From Amphiscolops sp. MND2022 (taxonomy: Eukaryota), in assembly GCA_964187785.1 (NCBI GenBank), contig OZ076409.1, positions 46,502,001 through 46,566,000 of the forward strand: a stretch of DNA of 64,000 nt. Direction: 5' to 3'. A program made the position numbers and the translations under genes. Positions 41,240 through 50,291 of the stretch are shown here, piece after piece; position 1 is the stretch's first letter; every line of letters starts with the position of its first letter. The notes under the pieces were generated by a model. The model was not told where the DNA came from. It saw only the letters and a list, made by a program, of their open reading frames with translations, and searched no databases.

Positions 41240-42170
41240 ATTTTCGCAGCTCCAAACGATCTTCAGTTTCCAGACGACGATTTATAGGGCCCTCAAAGAG
41301 GGCCCCCTCGTGCTGCTCCACAATAATGGATTGTGGACCTAACTACATGTATCGCAGCTCCAAACGATCTTCAACTTCCAGACGACAATTTATAGGGCCC
41401 TCAAAGAGGGCCCCCTCGTGCTGCTCGAACAACATATTTTCAAGTCCTCAAACAACACGTGCTCCTCCAACAACATTTCTTCAACTCCTCCAACAACACC
41501 AACAACACGTGCTCCTCCACACACCGAAGCGATGATGATGCAATTTACAAAAGTCAATTCCAGTGACGTCTATTCCACTAATGAGGGGCTCCTGGTCTAG
41601 AAACTACAAGGTTTATAGGGCCCACGTGCTCCTTCAACAACATTTCTTCTTCAATTCCTCCAACAACTCCACCAACTACACGTGCTCCTACACACAACGA
41701 ATTTCATACCTTCTCGAATTTCGGTTATTATATACGTCACACATGAACTTTGTATAACTGTCTCAGTAATTAGCATAATTTATTTGATGTGAGCGGACTA
41801 ACCGGGGGTTGGTTCACATACTTCTCGAGAAAGTTTATGCATGTTTCAAGGCCACCATCCTCCAATTTATAAAAAGTATTCCAGTGATGTCTATTCCACT
41901 AATAAGGTGCTACTAGTCAACCAATTTCGAGGTGTATAGGGCCCTCAATGAGGGTCCACGTGCGTCTCCATCAACATTCCCCCAACAACGCCTCCAGCAA
42001 CACGTGCTTCTCCACACGACAAAGTTTTGAAATGATTAAAGATGGGCCCTCTGGCGATGACGGGGCCCTTTGTTCATGATGGGCCCTGTGGATGATGATG
42101 AAATTTGCAAAAAAATCCAGTGACGTCTATTCCACTAACAAGGTGCTACTAGTACTACTAATTTCGAGCT
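41240..42170. repeat. Imperfect internal repeats rich in gggccc
   Basis: tcgcagctccaaacgatcttca..gggccctcaaagagggccccctcgtgctgctc occurs twice (41244, 41352). ccagtga(c/t)gtctattccactaa occurs three times (~41560, 41881, 42117). Confidence 0.8.
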
Positions 42171-44297
42171 TCGCAATTCCTGGTATGATAGGGATGACTA
42201 CCAATGAGGGCATTTATCATTGCTGGTGACTTCAACACCAATCGCTTTTGAAATATCAGTTTTGTGACTGCCCAAACAGTTGATACACCACAGCGATCAT
42301 CTAGTAGAATCATCTGTCCTCAATCAACGTGTTGGTCGTCAATCAACGTGTTAGTCAAATTAAAGTTCCAGTCTTTTGAATGAAATTGATGATAAATGCA
42401 TCTCATTGGCTCTAACATGGTATTCTCTAACATGCTGTCGAAACCAATGTTTTACCCACGGGATTAGTTAAACTTTCAGCGACCATTTGAGCATTTCTTT
42501 GAGGGTAAAGGTGGGAGTGAACGGTCCAAGGTCCTCAATTTGTTTGAGCTTGAATTTGGTCGTAAACAGAAAAAATCTAGTAAAGCGTTTTTCTTGAATT
42601 TCAACACGAGACACTAGAGCCATGCCCCGGTTAAACTTTTGCGCCTTGAGCGGGGTGCGGACTTGGACGGTTCCCGTCTTGTTGACAGCATGTTTCAACA
42701 TGTCCAGATGAAGGGAGTTCACTTCAATGCTATGCTTCACAAAATGCCCTTCGGAACATTTTCCTTTTCCCCCACACAAGAGAAAAAGTAAAGAAATATT
42801 GGAAAATAATGCCAAAATGGTTACAATTTACGCAAATTTTTGCAGCCTCAGCAAATTACAGTGCTTTAATTGTTTAAAAGTCAATTAAAAGTTACAAAAG
42901 AACATATTTCAATAGGTAAAAAATTGGTGTTCACCGCGTGTGGGGGGGGGAAGGAAAAAGAGCCTGCCCTTCTATCGTCTTTTGTATAAATTTGCAAACA
43001 CTGTTTCTTTGAAAACTCTAGAGTTAAGGCCACTGAGTGAATCAACTGTTTATTTTTAGAGCAGCGTAAATAAATTTTGTTTTTAACAAAACACCAATTC
43101 TTCTGGGTACAAGTCGTTTTTCGCAATCAAATTGGCGCTCTTTCTTTCTTTTTCACAGGAGACCAAGTCAGGTAGTTCTACTGACTAAATCTTCAAATGA
43201 AGTGAGATCAAAAATATTTGCATCTAATTGGCGCTCTTTTTTCCATGATGATCATGTTTTCTAACAGTTTTTGATTTTATTTGATAATTGGTTATGACTC
43301 AAGCTAGACCCGGAAACCGTTATAGCTGGTATGTCTTGGACAAACTTCATTCACTTTTCTAAACTACAAATGTAATCGGACCCTGCCTTTTTCTTCTTGT
43401 GCTCATTTTCTCCAAAGCAGAGCAATTGTGTCAGTAAAAACTTGCGTTGCATCAATTGCTCTGCTTGGAAAGAAATTACTAATGGTCAACCTACTCTCCC
43501 GAAACATCTCCATCAGCGAATGAACCTTTCTTGTGCCTTAACCAGACTGTAACTAGTTTTGAATGTGCTGTGAGCTTCCTTGAAAAATTTTGGTTGCTAA
43601 AACAAGGCTTGCTGGAAACAAAACAAACGAAGTTTCAAAATCTGAATTTATTATTCAGTATATCTCAAACTTTCAGTTCTTACGTCTTTCATAGGATTTG
43701 TTTGAGTTGCTTTGAATCTGTGTCACCCTCCGCAAAATTTTTTGCTGATTTCACTGCATTATTTATGATTCAACTGATGCTCTTCGTATTTCTCGAATAC
43801 GCCAGTTGCACTTTGTAAAACGCCATTTGCACTTGTTGAAACGCCAGTTGCAGGTTGCAGAAAGCCAGTTGTGACAGGGCTCTCTGCAGAGCGCCATTTT
43901 TCGTTTGAAAATGCGGATTTCGTTTGAACTTTGACTTTTAACGTTTTTTTGCGCTGCCCATGCCCTACCAAATGCAGTCCAAACATTTTAAAAAGCAGTA
44001 GAAGTGTATAATCAATCGTTTTGGCTTTTTTCCCCAACTTTTACTTTAGGTATTGGTTCTGGAGCAGCAGAGCGTCAGCTAGCACAAACAGCAAAGCGCC
44101 ATTAATTAGATGTATTAGTAGTAGTAGTATTGTCGTGGGGAAAACACTACTTGCAGGAAGTTTCTATTCAATAAGCATTCATCTGAAGTATACATACAAC
44201 AGTTAGGTTAACATAAATAACACAACGACATTGTATAACAGTATTGGTAACTACATATATATTACATTCATAACACTCCTTCCCGCTTCGAAAGTCT

Positions 44298-47200
44298 CTA
44301 GTTCATAGCTGACACAAAGTCGCTTAGGTATGTAGGAGGTTTCCTGTTCCTAGCCGAGCGTCGCAAGGTGGGAGCGGGAGAGTCCGGGCTGAATTGAGAT
44401 TCCTTTATTGGTTCCACAGATTTACGTGGTTCACCTTCGGTTCTGATGTCGGGACCCGATGTTCTGATGTCTACATCGGTCTCCTTGTCCTTGTATTGAC
44501 CTGCTGGTTGTGAGGTCGTTCCTTCATTGTCAATATCCGGCGGTCGTCGACAGTAGTCACTTGTAGAAACAGTGTCAGCTCGCCCATCGCCAAAGGAGAC
44601 TCGTGCAAGGTGAGGGGAGATGACTTCGGATATCTGTACAGGCAGAACGGGAGCTTGGTCTTTCGCCCTTACAAATTTCCGGAGGTACGGGGTAGCGTCT
44701 GCTCTGAGACAAGGTGCGCTACTGGAGGGACGGATCAGCGGCTCGCCGCATTTGAAACAGAAGAAGCGATCATGAGGGCTCTCCTTGGTTACGGTATTGA
44801 TAAGTGTCCGAATCGACGAGAGCGCTGATTGTAGGACACTTTCCCAGTCAGTTAGTGGGCGGTTTGTGGAGTGTAGCAGGCTCCGAACTGCTTTCCACAC
44901 AGTTCCGTTGTAGCGCTCGTTTTGGCCATTGCCCTGGGGGTGGTAGGGCGTAGTTTTGGAGGTCGCAACTCCATTTTGGCGGCAGAAGTTTTGGAATTCC
45001 GATGAGACGAACTGTGTGCCCCGGTCAGAATGAATGAACCCAGGTGTTCCGAAGATGGCGAAAAGTGTTGAAAGACACTTGATGACGCTACTAGACGTGA
45101 TGTTCCGGAGAGGGCAGGCGAAGGGAAACCTACTAAACTCATCCACCACTGTGAGAAGGTATTGGTTTTTGTTTCTAGTCATTGGTTTGGGGCCAACAAT
45201 GTCGATTGATAGTCGCTCCCAAGGTTTGGAGGATCGAATAAGATCGCTGCAGGGGGGTCGCAAAAAGCGCGGTTTCCATAGAGCGCACGTTTTGCAGTTT
45301 TCGGTAACCCTTTTCGCCTCATCTAAAGATATTGGGATTTTGTGTCTTTGAATGTATTCGTACAGTCGGGTCACTCCTGGATGCGCAAGAGTTTCGTGTA
45401 GGGTTTTACAGCTGGGCTGTAGGGACGCTAATCGAGACAGGGCGTCAGCTGACACGTTCTGACAACCTCTCTGGTAGCTTATCTCGAAGTTGTATTCCGA
45501 AAGTTCCAGGCGCCAGCGAATCAGTTTGTCATTCTTCACTCTGGAAGAGTTGGGTCCAAATATGAAGGAGAGGGCCTTTTGATCGGTGCGAACTAGAACC
45601 CGTGACGTCCATAACAGGTCTGAGAAACGGCGGAAGCCTTCCAAGATAGCCATACCCTCCCGTTCAACCACCGAGTACGCCATTTCGCTATGTTTAAAAG
45701 TTCTCGAGAAGAAACCGACAGGTTTGTCGTTTTGAGTGAGTGTCGCTCCGATACCGGTCCCGGATGCATCGGTTTGGAGAACGGGAGGCTCGTTTGCCCG
45801 GGGCAGCCAGAGTACGGCAGTGGCAACTTCTTTCTTGAGAGTTGCGATAGCCAGCCGAGAAGCTTGATTGAGCGGAAAGGCCAGTTGTTTCTGTGTTGCG
45901 AGCAGGAGAGCAACCTTATTTGAGTAGTCTGCAATCCACTTTGCGTTGTACGCAAAGAACCCAAGAAGGCGTTTCAACTGTGACGAGTTTTCGGGGATAG
46001 GGAAATCCATCAGTGTCTTAATTTGGCTCAGATCGGGGCGTTTAGAGCCAGCTCCCACGATGTGACCGAGCATTGGTACTGTCTTACAGCCAAAAACGCA
46101 CATAGCTTTGTTCAGTGTCAGACCCTCAATCTCGGCCGCTTTCAATAAGTTCTTCAGATTTTCTTGGTGTTCCTCCTCGGATATGCCTCCGATGATCACA
46201 TCGTCAAGATATGGGTGCGTTCGCTTCAGGTTGTGCCGGCGTACAAAGGCTGTCATTTCTCGTTGAAATGCGGCTACAGCGTTCGTGACGCCAAAGGGAA
46301 GTCTTGTGAACTCAAAAAGTCGTCCGTTCACTTCAAACGCGGTGAATGACATGTCCTTGCGATGGAGGAGGATTTGATGATATGCAGACTTCAAGTCGAT
46401 TTTCGAAAAAGTAGTGTTCTCGGCTGCTTGGTCAAGCAGGTCTTGCATATTTGGAAAGGGGAAGGCGTCTTTGGACGTATGACGAATAATTGTCTGAGAA
46501 TAGTCGATCACCATCCGTGGCTTGGGTCCGTCCCTAACGACAAAGGCTTGAGCCCGCCAGGAAGACGTGGAAACTTGGATTATGCCTTCAGTGAGCATTC
46601 GGTTAACTTCTGACTCCATGAAGGCGACGTCTTGCGGTTTGTGAAGACGCGATTTTGTAGCAATCGGTTTGGCACTATAAACTGTTTTGGAAATTATGGT
46701 CGGAGGGGCAATTTTCATCGCCGGGAACTCCAGTTCCTTGAGCCCGGCAGATATAACCGTCTCTGGTCGATCACCGCCTAATTCCAGTCTCACAGAGTGA
46801 TGTTGTCGGAGAACGTCAAGCCCGAGAATAACATCCGCAACGAGGTGTTTTGCGACAGTGTAGAGAACTTGGTAGGTCTTTTGGTTTACCTCAATATTAG
46901 CTTTAGCGGTGCCTGACGTAATCAGAGAGTCGCCATTTGCCAAGGCAGTGACCTTGTGCTTCGCGCGAACATTCAGGCCATATTTGGCAGCTGTTGAGGC
47001 GCTGATAAAGGAGCCCGTGGATCCGGTATCAATCATTGCTTGAACTTGTTCATTGCTTCCGGCAAATTTGAGGCTGACATTCAGAGTGGCAGGGAATATG
47101 CCAGTACTGCACAAAACGGCGGCAGTCTCGGGTTCATCATCAGATGACTGTTGTAAGACAGCAGCGGTCGATCTACATACCGAAGCCCAGTGTCCTGCTT

Positions 47201-47900
47201 TCGAGCATTTGTGACAAGTGTCCTTTTTGGCTGGGCACTTTGAGCGTGGATGCTGTTTTAGACCGCAGAACTGACAGCGTGGACGAGGCTTGTTCGAATC
47301 CTGTTGGGCAGCGGAGTTGCCGGGCCGATCAGGTTGCCGTCGAGTTGTCTGGGAGAACGGCTTGGTTGCTGCTACAGTTGAAGATTCGGCACTTCTGAAA
47401 GATTTGGAAAAGTCACTGGATAGTTCGATAGCACAAGCAAGCGATATGCAGCTATCAATGTCGGCCTTGGAGTCTTCCAGTTCCAATAGTCTTGCCCGAA
47501 TGTCGTCAGACCTGAGACCTGATATTAAAGCGTCTCGTACTAGATAGTCTTTATGTGCTTGGACGGTCAAGCTGGTGCATTCGCAGTCTTCAACAAGACG
47601 TTTTAGCCTTCCTGAAATTTGTACGATAGATTCGTCGTCCTTTTGACTGGCACTGAGCATTTGATGACGGGCAAAGAGCACTCTCGTGGGCTTCAGAAAC
47701 TGTCTGTCCAATGTTCTCAGGGCGTCTGCAAACGTTGCAGAGCTTTCGAGGAGAGTGAAATAGTCGGCGCCAACAAATGTACGAAGAAAAACTAATTTGT
47801 CAGCATCTTCGGTTTCTTCGGTTGTGCCATTGATGCGTAAGCCGTCCTCGAAACATTTCTTCCGCCGTTTCCATTTCTCGGGAGAAGGATTTGATGACAA
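44298..47900 (-). CDS. Gag-Pol polyprotein (two CCHC knuckles, protease, RT, RNase H, integrase)
   Basis: CQFCG..H....C and CHKCSKAGHWASVC; IDTGS; LPFG and YLDD; TDASG; HPG..C..C; SDRG and GQNER. One uninterrupted 1200 aa frame, but no in-frame AUG upstream of the gag core. Confidence 0.95.
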   Translation of the reverse strand: MSSNPSPEKWKRRKKCFEDGLRINGTTEETEDADKLVFLRTFVGADYFTLLESSATFADALRTLDRQFLKPTRVLFARHQMLSASQKDDESIVQISGRLKRLVEDCECTSLTVQAHKDYLVRDALISGLRSDDIRARLLELEDSKADIDSCISLACAIELSSDFSKSFRSAESSTVAATKPFSQTTRRQPDRPGNSAAQQDSNKPRPRCQFCGLKQHPRSKCPAKKDTCHKCSKAGHWASVCRSTAAVLQQSSDDEPETAAVLCSTGIFPATLNVSLKFAGSNEQVQAMIDTGSTGSFISASTAAKYGLNVRAKHKVTALANGDSLITSGTAKANIEVNQKTYQVLYTVAKHLVADVILGLDVLRQHHSVRLELGGDRPETVISAGLKELEFPAMKIAPPTIISKTVYSAKPIATKSRLHKPQDVAFMESEVNRMLTEGIIQVSTSSWRAQAFVVRDGPKPRMVIDYSQTIIRHTSKDAFPFPNMQDLLDQAAENTTFSKIDLKSAYHQILLHRKDMSFTAFEVNGRLFEFTRLPFGVTNAVAAFQREMTAFVRRHNLKRTHPYLDDVIIGGISEEEHQENLKNLLKAAEIEGLTLNKAMCVFGCKTVPMLGHIVGAGSKRPDLSQIKTLMDFPIPENSSQLKRLLGFFAYNAKWIADYSNKVALLLATQKQLAFPLNQASRLAIATLKKEVATAVLWLPRANEPPVLQTDASGTGIGATLTQNDKPVGFFSRTFKHSEMAYSVVEREGMAILEGFRRFSDLLWTSRVLVRTDQKALSFIFGPNSSRVKNDKLIRWRLELSEYNFEISYQRGCQNVSADALSRLASLQPSCKTLHETLAHPGVTRLYEYIQRHKIPISLDEAKRVTENCKTCALWKPRFLRPPCSDLIRSSKPWERLSIDIVGPKPMTRNKNQYLLTVVDEFSRFPFACPLRNITSSSVIKCLSTLFAIFGTPGFIHSDRGTQFVSSEFQNFCRQNGVATSKTTPYHPQGNGQNERYNGTVWKAVRSLLHSTNRPLTDWESVLQSALSSIRTLINTVTKESPHDRFFCFKCGEPLIRPSSSAPCLRADATPYLRKFVRAKDQAPVLPVQISEVISPHLARVSFGDGRADTVSTSDYCRRPPDIDNEGTTSQPAGQYKDKETDVDIRTSGPDIRTEGEPRKSVEPIKESQFSPDSPAPTLRRSARNRKPPTYLSDFVSAMN

Positions 47901-47957
47901 GTCGGGTGGTTTGAACTTGATGGGCGTCAGAAGAGGGAATACAGCGCATAGACAATT

Positions 47958-48083
47958 GATACGAGGAACTTAAGAAAGTACCGTTGTAGCAGAATCAGGC
48001 GATAGCTACGAGGAACTTAAGGAAGTACCGTAGTAGCGGAATGGTCGATAGCTACGAGGAACTTAAAGAAGTACCGTAGTAGC
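47958..48083. repeat. 3 x ~43-47 bp direct repeat in the Gypsy leader, between the SGNH ORF and gag
   Basis: (gatagc)tacgaggaacttaa(g/a)gaagtaccg(t)agtagc at ~47958, 48001 and 48048. Confidence 0.9.
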
Positions 48084-48130
48084 TTAAACAGGAAGGTCGC
48101 TTACCTGAAGACAAGTCCAGCTTACGTGAC

Positions 48131-48697
48131 TTAGCGCGGGCAGGCGCAATGACCTCGAGGGCACTCGTATGTTCGGGGGTGACCTTGTTTGTCGATCTGG
48201 GGGCAGAAGGCTTTCCGAAGTACTCGGTTCTTCAAGATGGAGCGAATTCCACTAATGGCCCTAGGCTCTAGGTGGATGTCGTCTAGGGTAGTGTGTTTTT
48301 CGACGCTGTAGATGCTTCGAGATATGCCTCTGTAAAGTCAACGGCGATCGTTGTTGTCTTTTAGGAGTTGATTCAAGGTCTTGGCCTGGTCAGGAATGTC
48401 TAGCCGAGGAGGAACCGCAATAACGAAGACTCTGAGTGCAACTTCAGATGCTGCTACGGCAAGGTCAGAGGTGTTCCTGGCAACAGTTCGAGTATTTTCG
48501 GTTGGTAAGTCGTTGCCTCCGATGAAGAATACAATCAGATCAAACCGACCTTTCGCAGGTAAGAAAGGTCTCACGTCTCCAACTCGGGCACCTGGTAGGA
48601 CGAGAATATTGAAGTTAGGGAACGTCAGGTTCCTTCCTTGTGAATCAGTAATAATAAGGTTACGAGTGGGTGAGGTCTTGATAAGGTGATAACGCAT
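48131..48697 (-). pseudogene. SGNH/GDSL hydrolase ORF upstream of gag (188 codons, one in-frame TGA at 48338-48340)
   Basis: Blocks IITDSQGR (I), PGARV (II), IGGNDL (III) and, past the TGA, LDDIHL (V). C-terminus ECPRGHCACPR*. Confidence 0.8.
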
Positions 48698-48702
48698 GAG
48701 GA

Positions 48703-48716
48703 TTATCGAATAGAAT
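48703..48716 (-). promoter_or_regulatory. Primer-binding site complementary to the element's own LTR (self-priming type)
   Basis: Element-sense sequence after the 5' LTR is ATTCTATTCGATAA, with no TGG. The LTR contains TTATCGAATAGAA about 30 nt before its 3' end. Confidence 0.8.
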
Positions 48717-48753
48717 TGTCGTGGGGAAAACACTACTTGCAGGAAATTTCTAT

Positions 48754-49236
48754 GGTGGGGTCTTTTTGGATCGAATTTTTGTGTGAGCGAAAAGCGAGAT
48801 CGAAAATGAATCGAAGGTTTTGAGATCGAATTTTTCCGGTTTTGCTAGGTTTTTGCTCCTGTAAAGTGTTTAAAAGCGTTTACAATTATTTAGGTAGTTT
48901 TCCCCACCTAATATGGGATCATATACGGTGTATGCACGCTCGCCCTCACCGTCGCAAAGACCAGCTCCCACTACGATCGCTTCGCGATCTCCGTTCCCGC
49001 TAGGTCTTTGCTCCTGTTCGACCTCGCTTAGCAAGATGGGAACATAAGCGGCCCCAAGGGGCCGCGGGGCATTAGAGGAAATGGGGGGCATATCCGACGG
49101 CCAAAAACATTGTTATTTGAAAACGCTAGGTATTTGAAAACATGGATTCGATCTCATTTTCTTTGACCATTTTACTTCGATCTCAGTGACAGATTGCATA
49201 TTCGCGCAAATTCATTCGATCCAAACGCCCACCGCC
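48754..49236. mobile_element. MITE inserted in the Gypsy 5' LTR
   Basis: Imperfect TIRs ggtggggtctttttggatcgaat / attcgatccaaacgcccacc(gcc). Flanking duplication (a/g)tttctat. Confidence 0.8.
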
Positions 49237-49326
49237 GTTTCTATTCGATAAGCATTCATCTGAAGTATACATACAACAATTGGGTTAACATAAATAACAC
49301 AACGACATTATATAACAGTGTTAATA

Positions 49327-49371
<45 letters not shown>

Positions 49372-49389
49372 CATTCATAACAAGTATTA

Positions 49390-49778
49390 CATAGAGTTTG
49401 TGTTTTTAAAAGGGTGGCTGTAAATAGGTCGAATTTTTCTGGTCGAAAGGACAGAGGTCGAACCTTTTGATCGAATTGCAGGGATCGAATGGAATGCGGT
49501 CGAATTTTATCGTATTTGTTGTATGGCTCGGTCGCTTCGCTCCCTTCGCCAAGTAGCAACATTGAGGCATGGCCATATGGCACGTCGCTCCGCTTCGCTT
49601 CGCTCCTGCATTCAGGGCACTAGGGGTATGTGAACATATCTGACTACGTTATAAAAATTTCGATCCGAGTTGTTTCGATCCCCTTCAAAAAATTTGGTAT
49701 GTCGACCTGGGGACTAACTCTGATTTTCGATCCCGTTCCCTCGACCTACTTCCGCCCACCCTTTTTAAAACCTCTATG
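49390..49778. mobile_element. MITE with CATAGAG...CTCTATG termini (hAT-like ends)
   Basis: catagag..ttttaaaagggtggctgtaaataggtcga is inverted relative to tcgacctacttccgcccaccctttttaaaacctctatg. Many internal TCGA motifs. TSD not clearly preserved. Confidence 0.75.
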
Positions 49779-50291
49779 TCGTAGCAGCTTTTAAAAAATT
49801 CTACCGGTCGACTGCATAGTGGCTGGTGTTGACTCGCCGAAGGTCTTCTTGATGGCGGACCAGCCTCTTCCAATTGGGATGAGACAAATTAGTTCTTAGG
49901 TACTTCAACTTGTGTCCTTGTGACAGGTTCCCTTTCACTTGGAGAAATTCGAGATGTCTTTTGTATCAAAAGTTTAATTATCCTTGATAAGGGTTGATTC
50001 TCTGATTGCAATTTGCAATATTTGACAATTCGTTGATACTTGAGATCAAAAAAATGAACAAAAGTAATGCGGGAATGACAAAAAAATGATATTTCACACC
50101 TAACAAGGTCTAGATATTTCTAGAAATAATTATTGCACATGCGTTTTGAAAGTTTACAAACTCAGTAAAATATATTAGACATGCATGTCGAACATACTGC
50201 CCACCTTGATTTTACTAAGTAAAATCAATGAAATTGAAAGCATACATAAAATAAACAGGTTGAAAAATTTTTGGGAAGAATGAAAAGGTAA

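Larger units (their letters stand above)
35425..44112 (+). mobile_element. Candidate tyrosine-recombinase (Crypton-like) DNA transposon carrying a SET domain, flanked by (TAG)n
   Basis: (TAG)n on the left (35304-35424) and tattagtagtagtagta on the right (44113-44129). 11 bp inverted subterminal motif tggcgctttgc (35433) / gcaaagcgcca (44091). cgccagttgc repeats near both ends. Encodes SET and YR ORFs; no RT. Confidence 0.65.
44131..49382 (-). mobile_element. Near-intact Ty3/Gypsy LTR retrotransposon with 145 bp LTRs and 5 bp TSD AGTAT
   Basis: LTRs at 44131-44275 and 48717-49382 (the latter interrupted by a MITE and an (AT)n expansion). TG..CA ends. agtat at 44126-44130 and 49383-49387. PPT gaagcgggaaggag next to the 3' LTR. 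Confidence 0.97.

Noticed and set aside
35425..44112. DIRS/Ngaro retroelement or prophage integrase as the source of the tyrosine recombinase
   Set aside because: There is no RT/RNase H, no split or inverted LTRs and no phage genes within the TAG-bounded interval.
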